A stretch of DNA of 64,000 bases from Massalongia carnosa. Lineage: Eukaryota. Below the pieces are notes generated by a model. It saw nothing but the letters and a program-made list of their open reading frames with translations, did no database searches and was not told the DNA's origin. A program made the translations under genes and the position numbers. Every line of letters starts with the position of its first letter. The stretch's first letter is position 1. Below, in pieces: positions 1 through 12,883 of this stretch. The stretch lies in assembly GCA_965645245.1 (NCBI GenBank), contig OZ287079.1:372001-436000 (forward strand), written 5' to 3'.

Positions 1-47
1 TCAACCGCCATTTAACACTCCCCCTGCGGTGTGATATTCATTCTCCT

Positions 48-3000
48 TCACAATCTTTGCAGCCCCAATTGATCGATGAAGCGTTTGAAGATAGGCTTGT
101 TCAAAGGCTTGGTTAGCCCGTCAGCAATCATTTCTCCGCTTGGTACATAGTCGACATGAATTCGATTTCGCTTGTGTAGATCTCGAATATGATGGTATGT
201 CACGTCTATATGCTTAGACCTATCATGAATGTGAGCGTCTTTAGCCAACTGGATGGCAGCCTGATTATCTCCCTTCAGCTGTATTGGAGAGTCAACCTGA
301 TGCTTGCCGTTTTCGCGAATGTTGACACTGGGATCGAAGTATTTAGCAAAGCCTATATCCTTCATTAGCTGAACGAGCCAAATGCCCTCTTTAGCACATG
401 TGGATAGAGCCATGTATTCTGCTTCGGTGGTTGAAGTAGCAACCGACTTCTGCTTTCTGCTCATCCATGATATAGGCCCTCCTCCTAACATGAATACATA
501 TCCTAAAATCGACTTTCTCTCAAGTCTATCGGCCGCGTAATCCGAATCGGAGTATCCAATAAGACTATGATTTCTCTCTGTTCCGTAGAGTATGCCAAGA
601 TCGATGGTGGATCGAACATATCGAAGAAGTGCCTTGAGCGCATGACCGTGATGAATAGCAGGATCGCTTAAATATTGGCTTAGCCTTCCAAGAGCGAATG
701 CTATATCTGGTCGTGTGTGAATCGCTGCGTACATGAGACTTCCAACGATTTGCTGATACTCCTTTTGATCTATGCGTTTGTCGTCTTTTCCAGCTGGTCG
801 CAGTGAATCGTAGCCATTCATGGGAATTTCGGTAGGCCTATGCTTGTCAGCGCTCATGTGCGCTCTTTCCATCACATCTTTGAGATAGTGCGTTTGATCC
901 ATTCGGAGTATGCGATTCTTGCGATCTCGGGTGACTCGAATGCCTAGAACTTTTGACACTTCTCCTAGATCTTTGATGCTGACGGCAGTGTTGAATTCTC
1001 GTTTGAACCAGTTGATTTCCTTCGTCATCTTGGCGGCTATCACTAAGTCATCTACGTGCATGAATATAATGATACCTTTGACAGGATGAGTGAATAAGCA
1101 TGGATCGGAAGGGCATTGTGCGAAGCCTAGCTTGATCAGCTCATTGGTGCAGCGGCTATGCCATTCTCTGGCAGATTGCTTTAGACCGTAGAGACTTTGC
1201 AGAATCTGAAGAGCTCTACCGGGGGCGACCTTGACTCCTTCCGGTGCAGTCATGTAGATGGTATCCTTTAGGGATGACTGAGTGAATGCGTTATTCACAT
1301 CTACTTGATGGCATTCCAAATCCTCCAGGGCTACTATAGCGAGTACTGTGCGTAGAGTGTCTGATCTTACCGTGGGAGCAAAAGTGTCTTCATAGTCGAT
1401 GCCGTATTTCTGGGTAAATCCACGGGCGACTAATCTTGCCTTTAACTTCTCCAACGAGCCATCGATATTCAGTTTGACCTTGAATACCCATTTGCAAGTG
1501 ACAATATTCGTTTTTGGAGGTGGGACAACTTCTTTCCATGTCTTATTGCTAATCAGCGCGTTGATCTCGGTGTCCACTGCTTCCTTCCATAACTCCCCCC
1601 ACACTGGATCATTCACCGCTTCGCGATAAGATCTAGGTGTTGGTATGTTCTTTCCTGACGAAAACGTATTTGCGGACATGGCAGACTCCCATTTGAGATG
1701 TCCATCTTCGTCATTGTCATTGTCATCAGCGAATAATGCCAGGAAGGCGCGAGGTATTTTGAAAGCCGGTTCCTCGGGAGCTAAATCTTCATTAGATCGT
1801 TTGCGCTTAGGGATCGCCACATGTGAGAATATGGGTGCGGTTGCGGCAGGAGCTGATGTGGCTGCAGCGGGAGCTGGGTCATTCGTGATTGGGGCTGGAT
1901 CGGGAATTGATATTGGTGATGCGTCTTGGGTGACATCATTGTTTGGATTTGATTGATCAGGAGCTTCATGTGTTGGTTGATCTTCGTTGCTAGGAATCTC
2001 CACATGTGAAAATCTTTCCACGATTTTGGCAGCAGGTTCACTGTTTTTCATCTCCTTTTGTGGTCTTCCTACTGGGCGTCTTTCGGGTAACATGTTGAGA
2101 GTCTGCTTTCGCAGCTTCAAATCCATATCGCCACCTTTCAGATTTTCATCAAACTTCACCACATGACTTCTGATAACTCTCCCTAGATCAGGTGCCCAGA
2201 GACGATACTGCTTGGTAGTCTCTTCTTCGTACCTCATGAACACTCCTACCCTTCCTCTATCCATGAACTTCTCCCGTCTTCCTCCTGCAGGCAGCGATTT
2301 GGGGTCGACGTATGAGTAGCATTTGCAGCCCCAGACGCGGATGTGATCAATGGATGGCTTGATGCCGGTGAAAGCCTCCTCTGGTGTGCTTGTATTGCCG
2401 TCGAGAATTGGTCCACATCCCGTACGATTGCGAAGATATGCGTCCGCTTCCATAGCCTCCTTCCAGAATTCGATAGGGAGTCCTGCGTCCTTTGTCATGG
2501 CTCGCACCGAGTTCTCGGTGGTGCGGATGGCCCGCTCGGCGACTCCGTTTTGAATGGACATATGGGGTACGGTGTATTGTGGGACGATGCCGATTGAAGA
2601 GCACCATTCGTCCAATGTGGCCTTCAATTCGGTGGCATTATCGCTTCGTACAGCCAGCAATCGTTGTCCGCTTTGCAGCTCGACCTTTAGCCTCCATTTT
2701 CGCAGTTCTCCTGGTGCTTCTTCTCGTTTCTTGAGCGGAATGGACCATATCTTTCTGGAATAGTTATCCACAATTTCCAGGAAATATATGTATCCTTCTC
2801 GAGAAGCAGGCAAAGGGCCGCAGATGTCGATAGAGACTAACGCCAAGAGAGAGGTTTTTCGTTCGGTTCTCTTGCCTCTTTTATTGGTGAGCTTAGTGAG
2901 GGCGCATACCTCGCAGACGTAATCTTCATCTTTGCTGATTGGAATGGGCTTTTCTAGAGTGGTCACTTTGTGCAGATTGCGCAGCTTTTCTCAACCTAAG

Positions 3001-4643
3001 TGGGCAAATCTTCGGTGCCATAGCCTGTACGTTTCGAGGATCTTGTCAGCCTTGTTTGGAGTGGGTGTTGACGCTGTTTCGATATTCATTTGATCATGTG
3101 GCAGTGACGTTGAATCCGTGCGGCGCGGTTTTACCTGATCCTGCATGCTTGGAAAGGCAGTGTCACGATGCATGGATGCGATTAAAGCAAATTCGTCGAG
3201 ATCTTTTGCTATTCTCTCGACAATATATACTCCCCCTCGCTGTCGTGCTTCCAAGATTTCCTTACCTTGCTTATCATGCATTCGTAGCCCATGCTGATTG
3301 AAACTTCCAATGAGACCCTTCTCACACATTCGCCTGCCAGATAGAAGATTAACCCCCAACTTGGGGACGTAGAGAACAGAAGTAAGAAATCCTCGATTGC
3401 CATGCTTGTCCTTAATCACACATGTGCCGCGATGATGAGCATATAGCTCTCCTCCGCCGACCTTTATCTTTCGTCTTCTGATTCTGGTCAGAGGTCCACT
3501 AAAGAGTTGGAGAGCGTCAGTCATATGAGACGATGCACCGGAGTCAGCTACCCATTTTGATCTAGGGATCTTACTGACTGCTTCTCCAGAGAGAGCCGCA
3601 GTTTCTTCGGGGTCATCATCATTGCTTGATGCGAAATCTTCTTCTTCGTCTTCCTCTTCTGATTCGTCGGCGAGATAGCTTCGATGGCGCTTGGCGGATT
3701 GCTTGGCGATTCTCTTCTTCCTCTTTGCCAGGTCTTTAGCATGCGAACGTGCGCTCTCTAGGAAGTCACATTCTCTCATTCGATGAGACTCGTCCCCGCA
3801 GATGAAGCAGCCCTTTCTTGATTCTTCTTTGTCCTTTGCTCCTCTTCTTGAGCTCGTGGAGCTATCGCGCTTGGGCTGTTTGGATGTGCTGTGGCTTCTT
3901 GATGAATTGAACGGCCTTCGCTCTCGCTTTTGCTTTGCGAGCAGAGCTTCTTCGATCTTTGATTGTGTCAGCTGCATTTCCTTGTCTTCCAGTCTTTTTA
4001 TGCCGATTTCGGCATCTACCCCTCCAATCGCGTCAATTCCGTCTCTGATGACGGCGTATTCAGCCGGGAGCGATTGTAGAAGCAGTTGAAAGAGTTGCTG
4101 AGTGGAAAATGCATCGCGAAGTTTGGGCGTGGCCATGATGACCTTGTCTCTCAACAACAGAAGTTTCCCCCATGCCTCCTGAATGGTGGTATTTTGTTCC
4201 ATCTTGTATGACACCAGCTCTTGGAGATATTGTCTTCCTGATGTGGGAAGTATGTTGCTGTATTTGTTGAACAGCGAGGTCCATTTCTCTGCTGCTGTTT
4301 TCATTGCCCGTACGCGTTCTTGATCGAACTGACCTAAGCAGATGGTAATGAGATAACATGCCTTTGCGTTATCCTTTTTCCAATTTTCTGATTCCACGAT
4401 TGGGGTACCTGGAGTGAGAGGAGTGCTTGTCTTCTCCTTTCCTTTTCCATCAATGCTCAGTTTGTCCATTTGCTGCTGGAGAAGTGCTGTTGGGTTGAGG
4501 TTTGGCTGTGGGTCGCTGATGGTGTGGAAGATGCCCTCCGCCTCGAAGTGCATTTCGGCTAGTTCGAACCATCTTTGATAGTTTTCCCTAATTAAAATGG
4601 GCAAAGGTCTTCTTTTAGCTAGATCGTCTGCAATTGTTGTCAT
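48..4643 (-). pseudogene. Copia-A gag-pol polyprotein with one in-frame TGA at 2991-2993
   Basis: ORF 2991-4679 (zinc knuckle CFICGDESHRMREC, protease ADSGASSHM, WHRRFAH) and ORF 48-2966 (integrase RSDN/QNGVAER, RT HVDD, RNase H GYSDSD/GDNQAA) are in one frame: FAHLG*EKLRNLHKVTT. Confidence 0.92.
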
Positions 4644-4679
4644 TTTGTAACTTGTACTTGTTGTTTTCCTTCGTATCAA

Positions 4680-4871
4680 GCTGCCGAAAGTGCCTGTGCT
4701 GATTTTCCCTACCTAAGGGAATCGTAATGAGCTGCCGCGATGCTGATTCTTCCTACCTAAAGGAATCGTAGTCGAGCTGCCGAGGTGCTGGTTTATCCTA
4801 CCATAGGAATCGTAAGGAGCTGCCGAGGTGCTGATTCTTCCTACCTAAAGGAATCGTAGTCGAGCTGCCGA
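4680..4871. repeat. about 4 tandem copies of a ~44-bp unit in the Copia-A 5' leader
   Basis: Repeated GAGCTGCCGAGGTGCTGATTCTTCCTACCTAAAGGAATCGTA-like unit. Confidence 0.85.
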
Positions 4872-5266
4872 GATAGCGATTTGCGAAGAGCTATATCCTT
4901 TTCTGATGTTCGGAAGCTTGTTGCTGACCGGGCTCATAACCAGTTAAAAGGAGACTCTTCTTACAGGTGATCGCATTGACTATGTAGTTATCTAGAATAG
5001 GTTTATTGAACATTTGACATGTTCAATGAACAAGGCTTAGCGCCATCTAAGCGACACCCAATCCCAGCTGTACAAATCAACCGCCATTTAACATATTCAA
5101 TGATTTTTAAGTGATGTTTACCGCTACGCGGCGAAAAAAAGCGGTAAAAGTTTGGATGTTCGCGACTCAGCCTTACGGTAAGAAACTAAGCCTATTTAAG
5201 GTGGCTGCCATCTGGCCAGACGAAGGGATAATCGCTGCACGTACGTACTAGCAACTACACCTACGC

Positions 5267-6533
5267 CGGGGGGTTATTTGTTAGGGAGGTACAAAGCAGG
5301 GGGGGGGAGACAGGGGGGAAGACAGGGATTATTTTAGATCGGGCGCAATAAAGTTGACCAATCAAACTTTTTTAAAATTTGGTATGCTTTCCTTCGGCAT
5401 CAATAACTGCCTGACATCGCTCCATCATGGACTCGATCAGCTCATTTAACTGATCAGCACCGACCGCATCCCATGCCTCCCTCACTGCCTGACGTAGTTG
5501 ATCGTAGGACAGTTTGTCTTCATTTCCATAGTGCATCTGAATCCAATTTTTCATGATTTCCCATACAGTTTCTATAGGGTTCAAGTCAGGCGAGAATGGG
5601 AGCCATAGAATAGTCGAAATATCGCGTTATTGAAGTTCCTGAATAGTAAAATTTGCTGCATGGCCAGGCGCGTTGTCTTGCATGAATTGTAGCTCCGGAT
5701 GCATACGTATCCAACCATGTACAAGAGGCACTATACGCTCGCAGTATGATTCCTTATTGATAGTCCCCCAATCCTTCTCCCAAAAGAGACATGGCCCTTT
5801 TTGTATGCCCGCAAAGCAGCCCCAAAACATCCATCCGCCTTGTCGTCTCAAACGAGGAACAATACAGGTAGGGTCCAACTCTTCATGAGCTCGTCTGGTT
5901 ACCCATACGCGTTGATGACGCGTGCCGTTGACCCAAGTCTCGTCGCTCCACAGTATAAAATTCCATTGCTCTTTCGTCCAGTTTAAATGCTCCAATGACC
6001 ATTCCAATCGTCGCAGGCGATTTACTTCGGAAATCGGAGGTTTGCTACGAGCAATGCGTCTCGAAAATCCTTCTTTTTTCAATGCTTTTCGTATAACATC
6101 TTCAGAGACATTCCAACCAAGCTTCCAAGCTAGTTGAGCGTAAGAAAGTCGCCTGTTTTCTGCAGAAGCGCATACGAAATTGATTAACATTTGACGAGCA
6201 TCGTCACTAATAATGCTGCGTGGGCCGCAATTTTTTTTCTGCGGAGTAGGGCGACCGGCGGTGCAGGAGTATTGGACTTGACGAATGGTAATGCCCAAAT
6301 GTTTAGCAATTTGCTCGTATGACCATCCAATTTCTCTTAATGTGGTGACCTGAATACGCTGGTCTCGCGTTAAATCAGACTGCTTTTTGGGCGTTGAGGG
6401 GGGGGGCACTGTTGCTTCCATTCTGAATGATCGAAATGAATTTTCTTTTTGGGATGAGATGCCTAAGAAGTAAACCTCAAAAGGTTAGCGGATTTTTACC
6501 CCTGCATGTACACCACTAACAAATAACCCCCCG
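5267..6533 (-). mobile_element. Tc1-like DD34E DNA transposon; transposase has one in-frame TAA at 5627-5629
   Basis: ~35-bp imperfect TIRs CGGGGGGTTATTTGTTAG at both ends; ORFs 5627-6421 and 5372-5584 are in frame; motifs WSDET, MQDNAPGH, SPDLNPIE with 34 residues between the second D and E; no TA duplication visible. Confidence 0.92.
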
Positions 6534-7312
6534 AAGAACATTACTAAACAGGCATCATGCTTCCTCTTCAATAAATTGAAGTCACCCATGAAGATCAATC
6601 CACAACTTGGATTCGTTACTTCTACGTTGCCCCCCAGTTGCTAATGTCAGGACTCGGGTGTAATGGGCTACGAGACCAGTAAGCTTATCACGAGCGACAC
6701 TGATCTCGAAAGGGGAAATGCTCAGCGTGAGAGGAGGAAGATAGCTACTACGTGCTAGTCTCCGAGAGTATACGTGATCCAAAGAACTAATGGATGTGGA
6801 AGTGCTTAGACCAAGAGATCTCGTCCGAGACCCAAACGTAGGTTGTTCATAGAATAAAGACTAATTGCTAACGAATACTACAAGATTCGTTCTGATATTT
6901 ATCCTACTCACCCCAAGCCTATAGCCTTGGGAGCCTTGGAACCTTAGGAGCCTTGCAAGCCTTGGGAGTCTTGCGAGCATTACAGCCTTGCAATCCACAT
7001 CCGACTTTATCGCATTACATCCAACCATCCCTCAGGATCCATCCACGAACTCGGCGTTCGCTGGATCATCTAGTCAGCCTCGAGCAGCCTTCTAGACCTT
7101 CCCTTGCAAGGTAGAACAATTCTACCCCCGGCTAGATCCCTCACTTCATGCCTCAGGCTATGTAGCTTCATTTCGCCGTCACCACTACCTAGTGATGGAA
7201 GGTTACCTCCGACTGAATACCTCGCTACACTGCGGACCTGCCTCTAGACACAAGGTCTAGACAACGAGGTCATGTAGGTTCATTCAGCCGACATCACTAC
7301 CAACGTAGTAAT

Positions 7313-10300
7313 TGTTGCGGAGGCTACGGATTATAGGGGTGGAAGTAGGAAACAACAGCAAAAAGTACGTGCGATGATCAAGCTGATCCAATGGCAGGCT
7401 ACTAATGATTGATTGAAAATGACTGAGGCTATCTATGGGGGCATATAGCCCATTATATACCGCTGCCTGCCTTGAGCACGATTCTCCCACTTTCTATGTG
7501 ATCGGTCAGTCAAATGCTGATATGTAAGCTCGTCTTTGTCGGAGTTCCAAAGCTGACATATTTGCCTCATTATCAATCCACTGTAGAATGTTCGAATGTC
7601 TCCTAGAATATCAGACGCGGGATGTTGATGATAAATCCCAAGGTGGCCAATCCAAATACTTCCAATAGCTAGTGCGCATTGGGGTTAGTGCCATTTTCTA
7701 TAAGCAGACATCTCGGCTATCCTCAACACTCCCACTCCGAGAATGTCTGAATAACTTCATGCCCTCGCATATCCTCGACTATCCGTGTCGTCTCCGGGGC
7801 CCGTCCCCAGGACCATGGGCCAAATGACCGATGTATGTTCCCCCCTCATTTCTAACCAATAATCTCTAGTCCCAGCCCGGCTCGGAGCATTCAATAACGG
7901 CCCTCCGGGCCAGTCCTCGAAGAATTCGGGGGCCGCATGCCAGCCGATTTTCTTCGTAACGGGGTTATAGACTCGATACTGTTTCGACGAATGATAACCA
8001 ACAAAAATTCCCTGAAATGACACGACATCCATTTTATCCCTTTTTTCACTGGGGATACGGGCATGCACCAAGCATCCGTAGGTTCGTATGTGATTCAGGT
8101 CCGGTTTTCGGCCATACCAGGCCTCATACGGGGTCATTTTTCCCCCGTGAGTATTCGTTGGTAGCCGATTTCTTAAATAATTGGCTACCATCAGGGCCTC
8201 CCCCCAAAATTCTCTGGGTAATCCGGCCCATAATTGCATGGCCCTAACCATTTGCATTAGTGTCCGATTCATCCGCTCAGCGACCCCGTTTTGCTCGGGA
8301 GTGTACGGATCAGTAAATTCCATCAGAATGCCTTCATTCAAAAGGTCTTTTTTCAGAGCATGATATTCCTTGGCATTGTCGCTCCTAATCAGGGCCAGTT
8401 TTTCCCCTGTCTCGGCTTCGAATTTCGCTTTGTATCGATAGAAATTCTCCCTCAGGCTTGATCTGGGCCCGAAATACACCTCTGACCGACGCGTGTAGTC
8501 GTCAATGAATGATAAAAAATACTGGGACCCCTGTAAATTCATTACTTTGTACGGGCCCGAATAGTCCGAGTATGTACGTTCCCCCCGGCGTGTGGCTTTT
8601 AATGGGGGCATTCGACTGATTATTTTCGTCATTTTGGTGTATTTGCAGGTGACGCATTTTTCGCCATCATGCTGATGCTTTATTGAATTTCCGACTCCGG
8701 TGGTCAGAAATGGGAGCTTTTCAAGCCTCCCTGGTCCGACATGACCCATTCGGGCATGCCACAAAAGATATCCGTCCCGATTCGGATTCGGAATATGCTT
8801 TTTCTTCGTCGTTATCATGTCGGTGACTAGGGCCACATCTTCTCTGGCAGGCCTCAATAAGTACGACGATCCAATCAGGACTCCCGTGGCCAGTAAGGCA
8901 TCCCCTCGGGTTATTTCGACTCCATTCAGACCAAAGCGGACAGAAATTCCCTTTGTCTGAAGAGCTCGTATGGACAGAAGATTGGTGTCGAGCTCGGGGA
9001 CGTATAACACCTCGGTTAATCGTATTTTCTCCCCGTTTCTCATCCGAATGAGAATATCTCCTCGACCAATTGACGAGATGACCGTTCCGTCGGCCACACG
9101 CACTGTCGTTCTAATCAACATCATGTTGACGAATATTCCCCTATCAGGGGTCATATGTCGACTCGCTCCGGAGTCAATAACCCATTCCTTGAGTTTTTCG
9201 AGTGGGACCGCGTCATCGTTTCGAGTCACCAGGGCAAATTCTTCCTGAGCAGGGACCGCGTCCTTATTTTGAGCCATCAGGCCAAAATCTTCGACTTCGG
9301 TAGCCGCACGGGCGTATTCCGAGTCGCTTTCTTCAGATCGGGCATCATTCTCCTGGGTCAGTCGTGCTTCGTCCGATTTCTTCGTTTTTCGGCCCCGACT
9401 CCCTGATGATTTCCCCCGCCTCTTACTATCATTGGTTTGATAAGCATTTTCATTTTTCCGCTTGTGCTCTCGGCCCTCATCCGTTTTCAACCATTGAAAA
9501 CAGTCCGTTTTTATGTGGCCAGCCTTATCACAATAGAAACATTTTCCAGTGAATTTTCGGCTAGATGAGGCCTTATTAGCAATTTCCGGGGTGCTTATCT
9601 CATCTTTATTTCTTGATTCCACCTCCTTATACTTTTCTATAACCATGGTCATGGTTATTTCTCCTTTGTCTTCCAACAGGGCCCTAGCCATGGCGTACGG
9701 GGTCCCGTCAATTGAATCCATCAATATTCGAGCTAGAAGAAACTCCGACGGTTCCTCCCCGGGTCGAATTTCGGCCATTACAGCAGCAATGGTTCGTAGC
9801 TCCGAAGCTATTTGCTCAACGGAGTCTGATGGGCCGGCTTTGTAACCACAAAGCCGTCTAGAAAGAGGTATAAGGCGTGTCAGTCCGATATCCCTATGAA
9901 TACGATTTAGTGTCTCCCACTGATCGTTGGCTGTGTCCAATCGGATGATGTGTTGAAGCTGTCTGTCATCTACGGCCGTCATGATGTATGTCATGGCCGT
10001 AGCATTGTTAAATTCCCATGCTTCCAGATCACTGGGCCGAGTCTCGTCCGGGCATACTATTCGTCCAATGACGATGCTCCAGAGCTTTTTACCTATCAGG
10101 TTATTCTTCATTATCTTACTCCATGTACGATAATTTTCCTCGGTTAGTTTGGGAACTTTAACATCCCTTACCCCTGCTCCGGACGTGATCCGACCGTCGG
10201 CCCCATCTGATCTATCCTTGACCACGATTTCGGGGCCGGGCGTTTGTTGAGGGGTGGATGAAGACATTTCGAGTCGATTTTCAGACTGTTTTTCCTATTG

Positions 10301-10735
10301 GCTGACCGGGCTCATAACCTGTTGCGGAGGCTACGGATTATAGGGGTGGAAGTAGGAAACAACAGCAAAAAGTACGTGCGATGATCAAGCTGATCCAATG
10401 GCAGGCTACTAATGATTGATTGAAAATGACTGAGGCTATCTATGGGGGCATATAGCCCATTATATACCGCTGCCTGCCTTGAGCACGATTCTCCCACTTT
10501 CTATGTGATCGGTCAGTCAAATGCTGATATGTAAGCTCGTCTTTGTCGGAGTTCCAAAGCTGACATATTTGCCTCATTATCAATCCACTGTAGAATGTTC
10601 GAATGTCTCCTAGAATATCAGACGCGGGATGTTGATGATAAATCCCAAGGTGGCCAATCCAAATACTTCCAATAGCTAGTGCGCATTGGGGTTAGTGCCA
10701 TTTTCTATAAGCAGACATCTCGGCTATCCTCAACA
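7313..10735 (-). mobile_element. Non-autonomous Ty1/copia element (Copia-B) lacking RT and RNase H
   Basis: 416-bp LTRs at 7313-7728 and 10320-10735, identical by eye; TSD GTAAT at 7308-7312 and 10736-10740; PBS at 10306-10319; PPT at 7729-7740. Confidence 0.95.
7757..10267 (-). CDS. Copia-B gag-protease-integrase polyprotein, 836 aa, no RT
   Basis: Zinc knuckle CFYCDKAGHIKTDC, protease IDSGASRHM, WHARMGH, integrase IRSDN and QNGVAER, GIFVGY; the stop is directly before the PPT. Confidence 0.9.
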   Translation of the reverse strand: MSSSTPQQTPGPEIVVKDRSDGADGRITSGAGVRDVKVPKLTEENYRTWSKIMKNNLIGKKLWSIVIGRIVCPDETRPSDLEAWEFNNATAMTYIMTAVDDRQLQHIIRLDTANDQWETLNRIHRDIGLTRLIPLSRRLCGYKAGPSDSVEQIASELRTIAAVMAEIRPGEEPSEFLLARILMDSIDGTPYAMARALLEDKGEITMTMVIEKYKEVESRNKDEISTPEIANKASSSRKFTGKCFYCDKAGHIKTDCFQWLKTDEGREHKRKNENAYQTNDSKRRGKSSGSRGRKTKKSDEARLTQENDARSEESDSEYARAATEVEDFGLMAQNKDAVPAQEEFALVTRNDDAVPLEKLKEWVIDSGASRHMTPDRGIFVNMMLIRTTVRVADGTVISSIGRGDILIRMRNGEKIRLTEVLYVPELDTNLLSIRALQTKGISVRFGLNGVEITRGDALLATGVLIGSSYLLRPAREDVALVTDMITTKKKHIPNPNRDGYLLWHARMGHVGPGRLEKLPFLTTGVGNSIKHQHDGEKCVTCKYTKMTKIISRMPPLKATRRGERTYSDYSGPYKVMNLQGSQYFLSFIDDYTRRSEVYFGPRSSLRENFYRYKAKFEAETGEKLALIRSDNAKEYHALKKDLLNEGILMEFTDPYTPEQNGVAERMNRTLMQMVRAMQLWAGLPREFWGEALMVANYLRNRLPTNTHGGKMTPYEAWYGRKPDLNHIRTYGCLVHARIPSEKRDKMDVVSFQGIFVGYHSSKQYRVYNPVTKKIGWHAAPEFFEDWPGGPLLNAPSRAGTRDYWLEMRGEHTSVIWPMVLGTGPGDDTDSRGYARA

Positions 10736-11588
10736 GTAATAAAGGTTGAAGCTGAAGTTTACACCGGGGAGCCTAGCTCAAGCTGCGTCCAGCGAGCCGT
10801 GCCTCCTGCTACCTCTCTTGAACCATCAAGAGATCCAGTAGCTCCGAGTAGGCCAGTAGATCCCATATAGAGTTCCTTGGCGTCTCCACAGGAGTCCGCC
10901 TTACACTCCATGGCAATCTACCACCACGGCCTCGACAGGTGTTTGATCTGTAAGTAGTCAAGAACGTGATAACAATAACTCCGAAGTTTCGGGGCAAGAT
11001 GGCAGTGTGTCAGCCTCGACGGCTTATGCGACTTCGTACTACGGCATGGTCCACGCTAGTTAATCCCGCAACCGCCATAGGCGATCACGTATCCCTCTAG
11101 CGCCATCCGTATTACATCGGGTGTGGGAGCGCTAAATCCAACGGCTCTTTCCGACCGAAGCTTCGGAGATAAGCTTCTAGAGCCGGATGGAAACTTCGAG
11201 AAGAAGGGCAAACGGGCATATAGATTTCACATTCTTCTTTGTAGATAGATTTCTCTTCTTCATGCTTAGTCTCTTAGGTAGCTGACTACTATTCGTCTTC
11301 CCTGGATAGTGGTTCTTACATTAGACTAAGCATCTTCTTTAACCCTTGCTATCCTGAACACGATATTAAACCGTTCAACCAGGAAAATTAGAAGAAGAAC
11401 CCGGAACTTAGACTAGAACCAGATCATAGGACCTTAGAAGCAAGGATTTCTAGGCCACCAGAATTACCAGAATCAAAAGAAGAACTCAGACCCAGAAGAA
11501 CCAGAACCCAGGATCGTAGAAACCAGGATTTCTCGGCCATCGAATAGAAGATCACAAGATAAGAACACCCCCAAGAAAGAAAGAAGAA

Positions 11589-12883
11589 ATGCCCCGAGTA
11601 ATCAGCGAGCCTCGAAGGAGTAGGCTCACTATGGACGAACCCATGGAGGGCCGACGTGAGTCCATTGTCCCTAATATTATCGATGATGACTCCCCATATA
11701 GCATCGACTCCGTGGATAGACTGAATGAATTTGTCCGCCAGGACCCCCAGCGGGTGGTGGAAATGATAACTGAGTTGAAGACGGAGTCCCGAACGAAGAC
11801 CCACCTATTGAACAAGGTGGCCGAAAGATTCAATGAAACGTTAGAGATAGCCCGGACCCTTCGCGATGAGCGGGACTCGGCCCAAGAGGAATTGGATAAA
11901 GCTAAGGTGATAATCCAATTTCTTCAAAACACCAACATATCGTCCGCAAGCACCGTATCGGCCGAGAATGTGCATACACACACGACCACTACCGCGTCAA
12001 CACCTGCCCCCGAAGGAGTTGGCAAATCTTCCAAGCTTCCTGACCCACCCATTCTCGAAAATAATAAAGACGACAACTTCGAGGACTGGCTATCTAGCAT
12101 GCGAAATAAGCTAGAAGGCAATGCGGATTAGTACCCTACCGAGGCCATGAAAAGGCATACGTACGGACTCGGGTTGGTGGTGAGGCAGTCAAGCATATAG
12201 CCTCTAGATTTAGAAAGGAGTCTACCAAACCATTTACCACTGCTGAAGAGATTTTCGATGATTTAAACCGAGTATATGGTGACCCTCACAAGGAACAAAC
12301 AGCACTGCGAGAATTCCGCGACCTTAAACAAGTGGGTAAATATCGAGAAGTCCATGCCTTCTGGTCAGAATTCCAACGCTTAGCCAACGAACTTGAATAT
12401 TCCGAAAAGACCCTACTGAATGAGCTCCGCAACAAGATGAACTTTGAGCTCCAGAAGATGCTAGCCGTCGAGGCCTACAAGGCCACCGATTTGTATGAAT
12501 TCGCACGCCTATGCATGCATACTGATCAGACCATCCGCGAGGTTGAGACCAAGACGAAAGGCTATCGAAAGAACTTTGTTGGCCCCTCAGTACCTATCGC
12601 AAGCACGGCCGGTGGGACCACCTCCATCGTAAAGGCCTCCACCCCCGCATTAACCCGTACTCCCGCAATGCCTTCCGCCACCAGCAGCCGATCTTCAACG
12701 CCCTTTATGGCCCGAGCCCCCCATCCCGATCCAATCATGGAGAAAAGAATGAAGGAAGGAAGATGTTTTAACTGCAATCTGACCGGGCATATGGCCAAAG
12801 ACTGCCCTCAGCCTAGAAAGGGACGGGTTAGCGAGATGAGCGCAGAAGCAGAAGATTCGGGAAAAGACGCACCTCCGTCATAG
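11589..12883 (+). pseudogene. Gypsy-A gag (in-frame TAG at 12129-12131 plus a frameshift)
   Basis: KLPDPP and NAD*YPT gag motifs; C-terminal zinc knuckle CFNCNLTGHMAKDC. Confidence 0.85.

Larger units (their letters stand above)
1..5093 (-). mobile_element. Ty1/copia LTR retrotransposon (Copia-A), near full-length; 3' LTR cut by the window edge
   Basis: 5' LTR 4942-5093 (152 bp); bases 1-17 match its end (5077-5093); PPT at 18-29 (reverse complement CCGCAGGGGGAG); PBS GGTTATGAGCCCGG next to the LTR at 4928-4941; copia domain order gag-PR-INT-RT-RH. Confidence 0.95.
6659..11116. mobile_element. ~1-kb TG..CA-bounded insertion (solo LTR or non-autonomous LTR element) inside the Gypsy-A 5' LTR, itself interrupted by Copia-B
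   Basis: Ends TGTAAT...ATTACA; 5-bp TSD TCGGG at 6654-6658 and 11117-11121; no recognisable ORF; short AGCCTTG-type repeats at about 6922-6990. Confidence 0.8.

Noticed and set aside
2991..2993. Programmed stop-codon readthrough in Copia-A
   Set aside because: The stop falls inside the integrase zinc-binding region rather than at a gag-pol boundary; a nonsense mutation is simpler
4680..4871. CRISPR-like array in the Copia-A leader
   Set aside because: Plain degenerate tandem repeat inside a retrotransposon 5' leader
7284..7490. Duplicated small ORF MGESCSRQ (also 10312-10497)
   Set aside because: Result of identical Copia-B LTRs; non-ATG start
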